From Octopus bimaculoides (taxonomy: Eukaryota), in the NCBI RefSeq assembly GCF_001194135.2, contig NC_068981.1, positions 199,135,409 to 199,182,148 on the forward strand: a stretch of 46,740 nt of DNA. Direction: 5' to 3'. Made by a program: the position numbers and the translations under genes. The notes under the pieces were generated by a model that was not told where the DNA came from, made no database searches, and saw only the letters and a program-made list of their open reading frames with translations. This document shows positions 1-12,189 of the stretch, in pieces (position 1 is the first letter of the stretch; every line of letters starts with the position of its first letter).

Positions 1-34
1 TCTAGGTGAGTAGAATATAACGTAGCATGGATTT

Positions 35-284
35 AGGGCTCTTAATTGTAGATTTTAAATATTTGAGAGACAACAATGCATAAATCGTAATCTTTAAAAG
101 AGCAATGAATTCTAGGTGAGTAGAATATAACGTAGCATGGATTTAGGAAGCTTAGAAAATGAATAAGTATGAATTTAAGACAACTGAATTCAATTGAATT
201 TCATGGAGAGAAACAAGATAAATAATAGAGGGCAAACTAAAGCGCGAAGGTATGAGATGTTTGAGGCCGTAAATAAATAAAAAA
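35..284 (+). repeat. Unclassified dispersed repeat, copy 1 (A-rich 3' end); 1-37 is repeated at 111-147
   Basis: Reverse complement of 46432-46686 at roughly 95% identity by eye. Ends in gccgtaaataaataaaaaa. Confidence 0.85.
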
Positions 285-1605
285 TCTCTATCTTATCTGC
301 ATCTTGGAGATTTCGTCGTAGTATGTCAGCGAGATAATTTCTGCTTTAGAATTAAATTACAAATGAGTGTTCCACTAATAACTAGTTTAAAAGCTTTTAG
401 ATGTTTGCCATGCTCTTCTCTACCTAGTTTGTCTGTTCCTTTATCAACACTGATTGGCATGTATTAAATAAATATAAAATGATATTATAATAAAATACTT
501 ATTGAATTTGGTCTCTATGAAGTAGCCTACCTTTAAAATGTTCTCACATATTTGTTTAATTCTATTCTGTAGATGGTTTATGAAATGATTATCACCATTA
601 TTATTTCTTTACTTGGAAAGAAAAGCAGGCTACTATTGTCAGACCTAAAAATTCTTTACAGAGGCTGTATTCCAATAAATTAGGAGAATGGAAAGCCAAT
701 TATAATTCTTTATTTGAAAATTTAAATTTATTGAAGATGTATTATTTTATGCCTACTGAGATGCATTTGTTAACTAAACCCAAGAAAAAATTTCTACAAA
801 TAGAGAAATATTTTTTTTTATTGTGTTTCAAAAATACTGAGTAATTGAAGGAATAGGGACTTAAAATCTAATAATAACCATTGTTTTGTAACATGATTTT
901 AAAAATATGTTTTTAACTGAATACCTTTTTTGTTTTTTTTTTAATTATTTGACTACAAATAGCTTTCAAAGCAGCAGTGGATATTAGGGATGTGACTTCA
1001 CAGAGATATGACACATATTTGTGTTGTTTGGAGAAAGTCATTAAATAATTACAGTCGGAACTCGGATGAGGTTCCAACAACAAAAGATAAAAACTTGAAA
1101 TTTTGTCGTTGCTTTTCAACTCTGTTCAATATAAATGTTATTATTTTATCAAACTGTTTCGTTAAAACGTGTTCTTACTAATTCTTTAACTCTTTCAAAT
1201 CCAGAACCCCTGCTGCTTCTCTTATAAAACGCTTCCATACAACTGGTTTTACAGTAAAATTTATCTGATATGCTGATCTGATTATTCTAAGATCCATTTT
1301 TTTTGATGGTCAAATTTAGTGACTTGAAATTTCAATCACTTTGCACTTGAAATTGAATCTTTTTAAGAAAAATGCTTTCATTTTTCTTTATTCTAATAAC
1401 CTTTAATAGAATCTTTATTTTACTAACTTATGTTCTGCTTCTCTGTTAATAAAACCATTTTTGTCCTGTTTTGTTTGTATAAAACCCCTTTGTTTTTTTT
1501 TTTTGTTTTTTTTTTTCAGTCAAAATTTCTTTCTCTCCATTTAAATGTTTAATCTTTGTTTTCTTTCTTAACTGCATAAAATATCCATTTCTGTATTATT
1601 TCCAG

Positions 1606-1769
1606 CTTTTCTGCTTGGTAATGAAAGTGTAGAAAAACTTTCTGATATCAAGATGTTAGTGTCTCAGTTATATAGCACACTAAACATTGAACAATACCAA
1701 TTAGAAAGAGAAAACGATTTGCTACAGAGGTTAGAGGATCTTAAACTTCAACTGGAACCACTAGAAAAG
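1606..1769 (+). CDS. MCU: Mitochondrial calcium uniporter, internal coding exon (end of N-terminal domain / coiled-coil 1)
   Basis: tttccag acceptor at 1604-1605 and AAG|gtaacg donor at 1770. The 164-nt exon (phase 1 in, phase 0 out) translates FLLGNESVEKLSDIKMLVSQLYSTLNIEQYQLERENDLLQRLEDLKLQLEPLEK, matching the animal MCU segment LNDVKTLVQQLYTTL...LEDLKEQLAPLEK. Confidence 0.95.
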
Positions 1770-2684
1770 GTAACGTTTTTCTTCTGTTTGTTTCTAAACT
1801 AAAATTTAAACTGATTCTGATTAATTAATAAATTCATAGCAGTTGAATTGTTTTGATAATTCAAATTCAATTTTCTAAACTGTTTTTAACCTTAAAAATG
1901 TTAATACTTCTTCAAGAACATTGTAAAATAAAGACATATTCCACACAACCTTTTAATTATATTCCAACAATCTCAAGGAGTCCATAAAATAAAACACAGG
2001 AATAGGGAATCCCTCACTTTGCTGGTTAGAAAAGTGAGTTTAGTGAGAGGAGTTGATGCTTATTTAGACTCGTTGAAGACATCGAATTCTTTTTGTGCCA
2101 CTGTGTCCACTCCTTGCTTACTCCTTTGCTGAGACCACACACAAGAATCTGTACCTCTGTCTTTTTGGGTTATCAAAAACCTACCTAAGTCCTATGCCTT
2201 CATCTTGTCATTTGTACATAACTATTCATCTTTGCTCCAACATCTCTTCAATTTCACCTGACCTACATCTCATAGTTATTGATGCTAGCCTGAAGTTTTA
2301 AACCATTCAGGGAAAGTAGCGTGTCAGTAGGTGGATAGCTTAAAAGTACGAGAGTCTGTGTGAGTGTTCTGGTCATGTCTGAAAGGTGTCACACTGGTCA
2401 GTCATTTCCATCTTTATCTAATACTTATTCTTTCATTTACTAAAGAATTCATTACAAAATAATTATCAACATATGTCAGGTGTTAGTCCTAATATCTGAG
2501 ATTTCACAAGTTTTGATGCATTGGAAAATGAGGCTGTTTAAAATGTAGTCTTCACTATATTGTCTGGAGCTTGTGTCAAGAATAGGTTTTTGAAGGAATT
2601 AGGTTAGTGTGGTGGGGGGATGAAACGGTGAGGTAAAGTGCTGGAAGGTAGAACACATAGTTTTTTTATTCTAATTAAAGCATT

Positions 2685-4100
2685 CATCATCATCATTGTT
2701 TAACGTCCGTTTTCCATGCTGGCATGGGTTGGACAGTTTGACTGAGGTCTGGAGAGCCAGAATGCTTCACCAGGCTCCAATCTGATCTGGCAGTGTTTCT
2801 ACAACTGGGTGCCCTTCCTAATGCCAACCACTCCGAGAGTGTAGTGGGTGCTTTTTTACGTGCCACCGGCACAGGAACCAGTCAGGGGGTACTGGCTTTG
2901 GTCATGTCTGCATAGTGCTTTTTACATGCCACCAGCATGGGAGTCAGTTGGGGTACTGGCATCGGCCATGTTCGGATGGTGCTTTTGATGTGCCACTGGC
3001 ATGGGAGCCAGTCAGGGGACACTGGCATTGACCACGTTCAGATGATGCATTTTATATCGCACCGGAATGGCAGCCAGTCAGGGAGCACTGGCCACAGCTG
3101 TGATTTTGGTTTTACTTGACTCAACAGGTCTTCTCAAGCATATCATATCATCCAACACATCAAGGCTACTCTTAAATGGGTCGGACATGCAACACTGGCA
3201 TCGGCCATGGCTGTAATCTCACTTGGCTTGCTGGGTTTTCTCAATCACAACATATTTCCAAAGGTCCCGGTCTCCTGTCATTGCCTCTGTGAGGCCCAAT
3301 GTTTGAGGGTCATGCTTCACCATTTCATCCCAAGTCTTCCTGGGTCTACTTCTTCCACAGGATCCTTCCACAGGATCCTTCCACAGTTAGGGGTGGCAAT
3401 TCCTTACACAGCTCTCCTCATCCATACGCAACACATGACCATACCAGCGCAGTCGTCTCTCTCTTGCACACCACATATGATGCTTCTTATGCCCAACTCT
3501 CCCCTCAGGGTGTTTATACTCTGTCATGTATGCACACTGACATTACACATCCAGCGAATCCTACTAGCTTCATTTCTTTCAACCCTACGCATCTCCTCAG
3601 CAGTCACGTTGCATGTTTCACTGCCATGTAGCATGGCAGTTTGCACACATGTATCACACAGTCTACCTTTCACCCTGAGCAGCAGAAATAGGAGCTCCCT
3701 GAACTTTGCCCACACTACTCTTATTCTAGCAGCTACACTCTCAGAGCCACCACCCAAACTACTGACTTGGTTGCCTAGATTGCAGAAGCTATTAACTACT
3801 TCTAGTTTCTCCCCCTGGCATGTGATGGAATCTGTTTTCTGTACATCTTCAGTGTTTATGGCCCCTGTGCATCTGCTATACACAAAAACTATCTTCCCAG
3901 TTAACCTTCCTTTGATGTTGCTGCGCCTTTTATGTGTCCATAGCTTACACTGGGTACATCATAAGGAGTTTCTACCGATGCCTTTTCTACAGATCAAGGG
4001 GTTTGTGATCTGTCAGCCTTCCCACTTAATAAGACTTTGGTTCTTGCTAGATTAACCCTAAGGCCCTTTGATTCTAGACCTTTGCTGCCTGCAGCCTACA
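2685..4100 (-). mobile_element. 5'-truncated RTE-clade LINE (RT C-terminal region + 3' UTR + (GAT)n tail), degenerate
   Basis: ORF 3524-3883 (-) reads ...LEVVNSFCNLGNQVSSLGGGSESVAARIRVVWAKFRELL...AMLHGSETC..., typical of the post-RT region of RTE LINEs. The 3' end aacccatgccagcatggaaaacggacgttaaacaatgatgatg is shared by many copies in the window. Confidence 0.88.
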
Positions 4101-4107
4101 GTACCAT

Positions 4108-4205
4108 ACTATCTGTTCTTTTCAACTAATACTTTCCTGATAATTCTGGCCGTGCCAAGGAGGCAAACCTTTTGTAGCAGTTCGACTGGGCACACTATTC
4201 TGAAT
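4108..4205 (-). mobile_element. Small R4/Dong-like non-LTR fragment (extreme C-terminus)
   Basis: Minus strand reads IVCPVELLQKVCLLGTARIIRKVL, similar to 5050-5130. Confidence 0.7.
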
Positions 4206-4211
4206 TATTAT

Positions 4212-4335
4212 TGCCTTTCATCCTTTCAGGGTTGATAAATTAAGTACCAGTTGAACTCGGGGGGAGGGGGATTGATGTAATCGATACATACCCCTGCCCC
4301 CCAAATGGCTGCCCTTGTAACAAAATTTGAAATCA
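4212..4335 (+). mobile_element. 3' half of a SINE (same family as 19048-19270) with (ATT)n tail
   Basis: gcctttcatcctttcagggttgataaattaagtaccagttg...gctgcccttgtaacaaaatttgaaatcattatt aligns to 19149-19270. Confidence 0.8.
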
Positions 4336-4372
4336 TTATTATTATTATTATTATTGTTATTATTATTATTAC

Positions 4373-4932
4373 TGAGTGAGAGAGCAGAACACATCATCAA
4401 AATGATGCTGGAGTGCAAATATACGAAGCCCATTATACCCATCATGACTACATGTTTGATAAGGGTACTCCAGGTACATACATCACAACCATACATGTGT
4501 AATGTGGTGATCTCATTTTAAGATAAACAGTGCATGACCTTGCAGGTAGGGTCCAGTTAGCATTTTCATCTGGTCAAGAAGCCCATCCCGCTCAAAAGGT
4601 CCCTGAATAAGGTTTGTTTAAGGATGTTGAGCAAAACACCCATGTTTCCAGAGGTGAATTATTCAAACCCCAAAGAATTCCTCTCAACACTTGGCTATGA
4701 TGCTCCCCCACTACTTCTGCTCATCATCAGAGATGCACATATCATCAGCCACCAAGGGACATGCTCAACTGGTTAAGGTCAAACAACTGACAAGAAGCAA
4801 ATCTGTGGTATTGAGCAGAATATTTGCTGTAGCCCATCTTTTATACCAAGACAAAACAATGTACATGATGACACTTCCAATCAATTAAGATCAGAAGCCA
4901 TGAGAGCCACTGCCTGGCACTGCATCCAGGCA
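4373..4932. repeat. About 560-bp apparently non-coding element flanked on both sides by (ATT)n
   Basis: Sharp boundaries at the (ATT)n tract 4333-4372 and at ttattattatcatcatc (4933). No recognisable protein homology in any frame. Confidence 0.5.
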
Positions 4933-4957
4933 TTTATTATTATCATCATCATCATTT

Positions 4958-5416
4958 TTTTTTATCTCAGGTTTTGTTAGAACTCCTGGAGTCTTGCATG
5001 CATAGTGGGCTTGCTGCCTGCTGCTTAAGATACCATGATATCCATTCCTTTCAGTGATCTAATACTTTCCTGATTATTCTGGCCGTGCCAAGGAGGCAAA
5101 CCTTTTTGTAACAGTTCTACTGGGCACTCTATTCCGATTTCCTTTATATTCCTCTTGATGCCTTCTGATACTGTCCCCAAGGACCCATCAATAATTGACA
5201 TTATCTTCACCTTCTTCATTTTCCATAGTCAGGCTATTTCATACTTAAGAGGGTTGTATCTATTTATCTTTTCGCCTTCCTTCTTGACTATTCGTGAATC
5301 AAAGTGGCACACAACATCAACTATATAGATCATGTGGTGCATCTTGTTGACCACCACTAGGTTCGGTCTGTTATGCTCTAGTACCTGATCTGTTTGGATT
5401 GGGAAACCCCAGAGGA
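4958..5416 (-). mobile_element. R4/Dong-like non-LTR retrotransposon 3' fragment (restriction-like endonuclease domain)
   Basis: Minus strand: LWGFPIQTDQVLEHNRPNLVVVNK...IVDV...KYEIA*LWKMKKVKIMSII.GSLGTV...ELLQK..LLGTARIIRKVL. This is the RPD-type REL motif plus the conserved C-terminus. Confidence 0.85.
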
Positions 5417-5434
5417 TTATTATTATTATTATTT

Positions 5435-5922
5435 TGGTTTGTCTCAGGTTCAGTCTTATTCCTGCTAGGGATTATGTGGATAACAGATTACTACTTATAA
5501 CCACAAGTTTTCAGTAGTCCTTCACGTGTTTAGAACCCTCCTGATAATCCTTGCTGTCTTCCCTAAGAGACAAACTTTTTGTAGGAGGTCTACCAGGCAT
5601 TCTATTTCAAATCTCCTTCAGCCATTTGTCTATATCTTTGCTCACAGTTCCCAATGCACCGATTATTACAAGCACAACCTTTACAGTTTTCATACTCCAA
5701 ATTCTTCCTATTTCAAATTTTAGGAGATTGTATTTTCTTTGTTTTTCTTTCTCTTTCTATATCAATCCTCTAATCAAATAGGCATGATGGGTCAATAAGT
5801 AAGCAACTTTGCTTTTCCTAATCATTATTTCTAGTCTATTATTTTCCAATTTCTGTTTGAATAGGAAAGTCTCACAAAATCTTACAGTTCTCCAATTCCA
5901 GTACTCTTTCAACTCAATGATT
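5435..5922 (-). mobile_element. R4/Dong-like fragment (REL C-terminus + 3' UTR), frameshifted; runs into an N-gap
   Basis: Minus strand ...KYNLLKFEIGRIWSMKTVKVVLVIIGALGTVSKDIDKWLKEI...; its 3' end abuts (ATT)n at 5417-5434. Confidence 0.8.
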
Positions 5923-6199
5923 NNNNNNNNNNNNNNNNNNNNNNNNNNNNNNNNNNNNNNNNNNNNNNNNNNNNNNNNNNNNNNNNNNNNNNNNNNNNNN
6001 NNNNNNNNNNNNNNNNNNNNNNNNNNNNNNNNNNNNNNNNNNNNNNNNNNNNNNNNNNNNNNNNNNNNNNNNNNNNNNNNNNNNNNNNNNNNNNNNNNNN
6101 NNNNNNNNNNNNNNNNNNNNNNNNNNNNNNNNNNNNNNNNNNNNNNNNNNNNNNNNNNNNNNNNNNNNNNNNNNNNNNNNNNNNNNNNNNNNNNNNNNN

Positions 6200-6444
6200 T
6201 GGCACAAAAAAGACACCATTTCGAGCGTGGCCGTTGCCAGTATCGCCTGACTGGCCTTCGTGTGGGTGACACGTAAAAGCACCTACTACACTCTCTGAGT
6301 GGTTGGCGTTAGGAAGGGCATCCAGCTGTAGAAACTCTGCCAAATTAGATTGGAGCCTGGTGTTGCCTTCCGGTTTCACCAGTCCTCAGTCAAATCGTCC
6401 AACCCATGCTAGCATGGAAAGCGGACGTTAAACGATGATGATGA
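6200..6444 (+). mobile_element. Young RTE LINE 3' end with (GAT)n tail
   Basis: Nearly identical to the reverse complement of 40720-40935; ends ggacgttaaacgatgatgatga. Confidence 0.85.
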
Positions 6445-7155
6445 AATCCCCGTTTCTGGCACAGTTTCCAGCGTAAAACCTTATAACTTGGTCGTGCTTC
6501 CATTTCTTATATTCTTCCTGTACCATCTTTGGGCACTTTGCCATAGTGTGTGCCACTGTCTCATTCCAAGTTCCACAGACTCTACATTTTTCTGACACAT
6601 TCTCTCCATATATTTTCTCCTGTTTATACCGCTTGATCTTGGGCTGCTACAATTAAGCTCTGTTTCTTTTTTTAATTGCCCCTTTCTTAACCAAGCCCAG
6701 AATTTTCTTCCACTTACATCTTCAGTAGCTTTCCAAAAACTGGCCATGCACAGGGTTCTCTTTGATCTGTCTGACGTGCTCTCTTTCTATTTAATTTTTG
6801 TCCTTTTCTCTTATTATGCGCTTCATCACCTGTTCTCTCTTAACTGTTTTCAGTAGTTTTTCTCTGCTGCACTGAAAATACTCTACTCGACTTTGTCGTT
6901 CTGTCTGTACACATTCTTCTATTTCTTTTAAACCTCTTCCACCCTAGTCTCTCCTCAAGTACAGCCAGTTGATATCTGCTTTCAGATGGTGGGCACCGTA
7001 CATTGTCAATGACTTCCTGGTTTTTCTGTCAAGTTTCTTTATATTGTTTCTGGTCCAGTCTATAATTCCAACTCTGTATCTGATTAAGGCTACAGCTCTT
7101 GAATTTATTGGACTTAGCTGTAACAACAATACTTTTCTGACTCTCCTTGTGTCAG
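6445..7155 (-). mobile_element. R4/Dong-like fragment (thumb to CCHC zinc-knuckle region); probably the upstream part of 5435-5922 interrupted by the RTE copy
   Basis: Minus strand ...INSRAVALIRYRVGIIDWT...KLDRKTRKSLTMYGAHHLKADINWLYLRRD... and ...HGQFWKATEDV..FWAWLRKGQLKKETE..IVAAQDQA. Confidence 0.82.
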
Positions 7156-7199
7156 AAAAGTATTATTATTATTATTATTATTTTGTTGTTATATAAAAA

Positions 7200-8045
7200 C
7201 TCAGTTTATTTTGCTGGGTATAATGGAAAGTGTCATCTGTCCACAGCCAGCAGACTAAGGTGACCCTTGTTTACTGGTCATGCTTAAAAAACCCTGCAAA
7301 TAATAGAAGTTCCAAGCAATGTTGATTTTTGTAAGTGTTCACCCTTCACACTTGCACCAATCTTTTCCAGCCATGTTGGTAGTTGAATGCTGATACTTCC
7401 AACTGCACCAATTACTATTGCTATCACGTCTACGCTCTTCTTTGGCCACAACCTTCGTATTTCCCACTTCAAATCGTCATAGTTGTTTATTTCTTCTTCT
7501 TCTTTCACATTGATCCTGTTGTCACTGGGGCATGCTATGTCGATTATCATACACGTTCTTTCTTTTTTATTCACCACAACAATGTCCGGTTTCCGATGTC
7601 TGGTTAGGTGACCACACTGGGTGATCACACAAGATTTTGCAATTCTCATTCTCGGTGACTCCTCCTGGAGTTTTTTCATACCACATCTTTGCTCTTTGTA
7701 GGCCGTGATTTGCACAGAGCTCCCAATGGATCATTCTTACCACATTGTCATGGCACCATTTGTATTTGTGTTGTGCCAGTGTCGGGAATTTGATAACAAT
7801 GTGCCATATCATTTCACCCCTCTCACCACAGATTCTGCATTTGCTGCTATTGGTAGTGTTGTCTATTCTGCACTTCACATAGTTGGCCCTGAATGTTAGT
7901 TCTTGAGCTGCGCATATGAATGCTTCTGTCTCTACCTTCAGGTCAGTCCTCCTCATCCATAGCCACCGGTCCTCTCTGTCTGTCCTGCCATTCACATCTC
8001 TCGCAAACTGACCATACATTTTCTTTTCTTTCCATGTTTTTTTCT
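7200..8045 (-). mobile_element. R4/Dong-like non-LTR fragment (CCHC knuckle + REL endonuclease)
   Basis: ORFs 7567-8019 and 7284-7715: MYGQF...LKVETEAFICAAQE...CRICGERGEMIWHIV...HDNVVRMIHWELC...RKPDIVVVNKKERTCMIIDIACP...LQKSTLLGT. Bounded by (TAT)n at both ends. Confidence 0.92.
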
Positions 8046-8114
8046 TTCATTATTATTATTATTATTATTAGTAGTAGTAGTAGTAGTAGTATCTTTATTA
8101 TTATTATTATATTT

Positions 8115-9000
8115 TAATTCTCAAACCTCTGGGTCTTACTCTGATTCTGTGAAAGCAGACAGTAACCTGTTGTCATCAGAGGTGTCACGGTGTCCCTTTC
8201 CACAAATTATAAGCTTTGGTACTTGGATGGCACCTTATCATAGAAGGCACCCGACACCCCATCACCAGTCTCAAAATCCTAGCCGTCCCCAAGAGAGCAG
8301 GTTTTTTAGGCCTGCTCTGCCCTCATGTCAATTCCAGTTTCTCTGACATATTCCTCAAACCTGGTTGTTAGTGCTCCAAGGGTCCCTAAAACTACTGCGA
8401 TAACAGTTACTCTCCTCATTGACCACATTTCTTGTCATTTCGTCTTTTAGTACTTTGTATTTCTCCATCTTTTCCAGCTCTTTGTCCCCTACGCATGCAT
8501 CCTCAGGAATGGCAATATCTGTTACCTTGATTTCCTTATTTCTTTTATATATCACAAGGTCAGGTCTCCAAGCATCGATTAGGGAGTCACATTGGATTGT
8601 AAAATCTCACAGGGTCTTATACTCATTGTTCTCAGTGACGCCCTCTGGTCCACGTTTGTACCATTTCCATGCGCTGCCCAGACCATACTTTTCACACAGT
8701 CTCCAGTGGACAAACTTAGCCACATTATTCTGCCTCCTTTTTCTAGTGCTTTTGGCTCAGCTTGCTACACTCACTCACTCACATGTGAGATTGTTTCATT
8801 CCTGCTGCCACACATCCTACGAAGGACTGATTCACTGCTCTTATCTATTTAGAACTTGGTGTAATTAGTTCTCAGAGCTTCTTCCTGGACACTCAGTGCA
8901 TCCTTTCACATCAATTTTTCTTAGCCATCTCTACGTGTGTTGGTATTTCTCTGAGGTATTGCCCATGCATTGTTTTCATTTTTCAGTTGTTTAATCTGTG
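8115..9000 (-). mobile_element. R4/Dong-like non-LTR fragment, degenerate
   Basis: Minus strand ...NNVAKFVHWRLCEKYGL...WYK..PEGVTENNEYK..DFTIQCD..IDAWRPDLVIYKRNKEIKVTDIAIP... Confidence 0.85.
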
Positions 9001-9069
9001 TTCTCCATCTTGTTTCTTAAAATTTTTCCAAACACATCACATTTGCATTAGGTATTATATTGTTAATTC

Positions 9070-9985
9070 TAACAGCAGCATGCAAGGATTCACTCTGCTG
9101 TTTGATGTACCATCCCAAACTATTCTTCTCATTGAAAACACAGATCTTGCATCTTATGAGGCCTCTTCCTCCCTTGGGTATGTGCTGTGGTTTGCTGTGG
9201 TGCTCTTATGTTTACTGTATTGAAAGTGTTTTGCGTAGAATGTGTGCAGTACCCAGTAGTGCAATTTTCTGTATGTTATATATATTTGTAAGTCCTGGTG
9301 TTTTTGTTATGTATTTGTCTGAATATTTTATTATTATACCTAAGGCACCTACTATGATAGGAATTGTTTCTGTTTTTAGATTCCACATTCGAGTTACCTC
9401 TATTTCCAGGTCTTTGTATTTTGAAAGTTTCTCCATTTCTTTTAGGGAAACGTCATCTGCTGGTATTGATACATCAATTAGAAAGCATTTTTTTCCTTCA
9501 TGATCTTNNNNNNNNNNNNNNNNNNNNNNNNNNNNNNNNNNNNNNNNNNNNNNNNNNNNNNNNNNNNNNNNNNNNNNNNNNNNNNNNNNNNNNNNNNNNN
9601 NNNNNNNNNNNNNNNNNNNNNNNNNNNNNNNNNNNNNNNNNNNNNNNNNNNNNNNNNNNNNNNNNNNNNNNNNNNNNNNNNNNNNNNNNNNNNNNNNNNN
9701 NNNNNNNNNNNNNNNNNNNNNGTATATAGGTCCCAGCTCTGTCGTGTCTGTGAATATATTCCTTCTTAGCCAGGACTGGGCAGCCAGAGATAATATGATT
9801 TATTGTTTCTTGTCCATCGCCACATATTCTGCAGTTACTTGTTATGTTTCTTTTCATTATATGTTTTTGGTAATTTCTGGTGAGGAGGCTTTGGTCTTGT
9901 GCAGCAATTAAAAATCCTTCAGTCTCTGCTTTAAGTCCTGAGCTTCTCAACCATTGCTGGGGTTTTGCTTTGTCTCTTTCTTGTT
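9070..9985 (-). mobile_element. R4/Dong-like non-LTR fragment, well preserved, spans an N-gap
   Basis: ORF 9498-9950 LKAETEGFLIAAQDQSLLTRNYQK...CRICGDGQETINHIISGCPVLAKKEYIHRHD and ORF 9212-9436 KYKDLEIEVTRMW...IPIIVGALG...QKIALLGTAHILRKTL. Confidence 0.93.
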
Positions 9986-9998
9986 ACTATTATTAGTA

Positions 9999-10031
<33 letters not shown>

Positions 10032-10249
10032 CATCATCATCATCATCATCATCATTATTATTATTATTACTAATCTGTTATAGTGTTGGTACTATAATAG
10101 CAAAAATCAGGTTTTAAATTTATCTTAGCAACTTTTGGCTGTGGAGCTGTAAAAAAACATACATATTTGACTATCGAGAAGTGGTGGAGTGGGATATGGC
10201 CTCGTCCCATGTGCAGAGTTTCAAGTCATCCAGGAAGGGGTCACACTCA

Positions 10250-10430
10250 ACAACTGGTGTAGCAGCATTATTATCAACAGCCACAAAGGTGAATGAGAAG
10301 CCTTGAACAAAAATAAATATGGACATATCAAAGTAGTAGACCAGGTCATGAAAGGTGGAGAAAGGGTCATAGGTCAAGTAATTAGAGAGACCTGGATGAA
10401 GTGGTGAAGAATGTTCTAAAAAAAGCTGAA
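10250..10430 (+). mobile_element. Old RTE reverse-transcriptase fragment
   Basis: Reads KGEALNKNKYGHIKVVDQVMKGGERVIGQVIRE, a degraded version of KGD.LDRNNYRGIK.LDQVMKV.ERVIAQLIRE seen at 37560-37680 (-). Confidence 0.55.
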
Positions 10431-10636
10431 CTTCACAGGGGAGATGGCAAAGGACTGAGACAAATGGCAATTTGCTAAAATTTTAGCTGCATAAATGGTG
10501 TGATTGCCAATAGTCAGAACAATAACTTGTGTGTCTAACAGAGATTCAAAGTAAACTTCCAAAATACATCTCAGTAAATAATGCTATTGTCCTCCATCTG
10601 GTGAACAACCAAGGAGAAAAAAGCATATGCAGGAGC

Positions 10637-10897
10637 CATCATCATCATCATCATTTAACATCTGTTGTCCATGATGGCATGGGTTGGACGGTTTGACTGG
10701 GCTGACAAGCTGCAAGGCTGCACCAGACTCCAGTCTAATTTGCCATGGTTTCTACGGCTGGATGCCCTTCCTATCGCCAACCACTCTGAGAGTGCAATGG
10801 GTGCTTTTACGTGCCACCCACATGGGTGCTATTTTGCCTGACACCAGTATCTGCCACAACTGCAATTTTGCTCAGCTTGATGGGTCTTCACCACCCT
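10637..10897 (-). mobile_element. RTE LINE 3' end
   Basis: (CAT)n followed by ttaacatctgttgtccatgatggcatgggttggacggtttgactg..., the shared RTE tail. Confidence 0.8.
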
Positions 10898-10993
10898 GAA
10901 GAAATCAGCCAAAGAAGAATGATTTGTAAAAGTACAAAATCACGGTGGTGCTCCTGCATGACTTCAGCTGCATGGCTGAAATGAATAAAAGAG

Positions 10994-11071
<78 letters not shown>

Positions 11072-12189
11072 TTAACGTCCGCTGATGATGATGATGATGA
11101 ATATATATGAATCATTCCTTTCTAAACTTTTATTTCTTTCAAAATGAAACTAGTTATTATTTCAGGAGATTTATTTCGTTAAAAGGAAAACATGTAATTT
11201 TCTTGCCATGACCTAAATGTTTTTACAATATTTTAGCTTGTTTTAACGAATGTTAATGCTCCTAATTACCATGTTCATTAACTTTCCCACTCCTTTGCAT
11301 AAACATCTCTGTCCCTCTCTCTCTCTTTCATTATAAGATCTCTTTTAACTAAATTCTTTTCTTATCATCCATAATGAGTTCCTGACTGAATTCTTCATCA
11401 ATGATTGTTTCCAACATCACCTGCTTTTCCTACCCAGATAAGGTCCCCCAGACCAAAGTGCTGTGAAAAGCTTTATTAAACTAGCTTAATCCCCTTAAAC
11501 CTTTTCGATACCAACCCCCATGCTAGCTTCATAAGAACCTTCCTGTTTTAAAGGGATCTCAATTAAAACCTTCTTCCATCGAAATTCCAGATTAATTCAC
11601 GTTCTAAACCTTTGATAACAACAAATTTATTTTCTTGAATTATTCATTAATTTCATAATTAGTCGAAGTGAAAACAGTGTATTTCAACAGAAATATTTTG
11701 GGTGCAAAAGGGCTAAACTTGATTTTTGTTTCATTTGCTCTGCTGGTAGGGACTTAGCGTCCATGACCCTTAAAGGCTCTCAATGAGAATGATGGGGTTT
11801 AGGTTTACATTTCTCTTGATTAGTTGGAAGTTGCAAGACAGCAATATAAACCTGTTCTCATACAGCACTAGACTTCTCAGTCAACCTATACAGTAGTGGT
11901 AGTAGTAGTAGTATAGGATGTAACAGAAAGGGTTTGTTGTGAAATGTTTTGTTACATTAGTGGCAGACAAAGCCAGTTTTATATATTAGGTTGGTGAACA
12001 AAGACAACTATACACACACACACACACATGTATATGTATAACAGGCTTCCACACAGTTTCCATCTACCATGTTCACTCCCAAAGCATTGGCTAGTGCAGG
12101 GCTATGGGGTTACAAGGTAAGCTTCTTCCTACAGCTGTGCCTGCACTCACACACACACACACACACACACACACAGATAGATAGGGAAT

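Noticed and set aside
573-740. Upstream MCU exon after tctgtag|ATGGT
   Set aside because: The frame needed for the DG.R.. start hits TGA immediately, and no frame resembles MCU.
1935-2330. Ancient CR1/L2-like LINE 3' fragment
   Set aside because: Only faint resemblance by eye; too degraded to support as a feature without a repeat-library search.
3207-4055. 282-aa ORF on the + strand
   Set aside because: It is the antisense shadow frame of the RTE fragment, and the homology lies on the minus strand.
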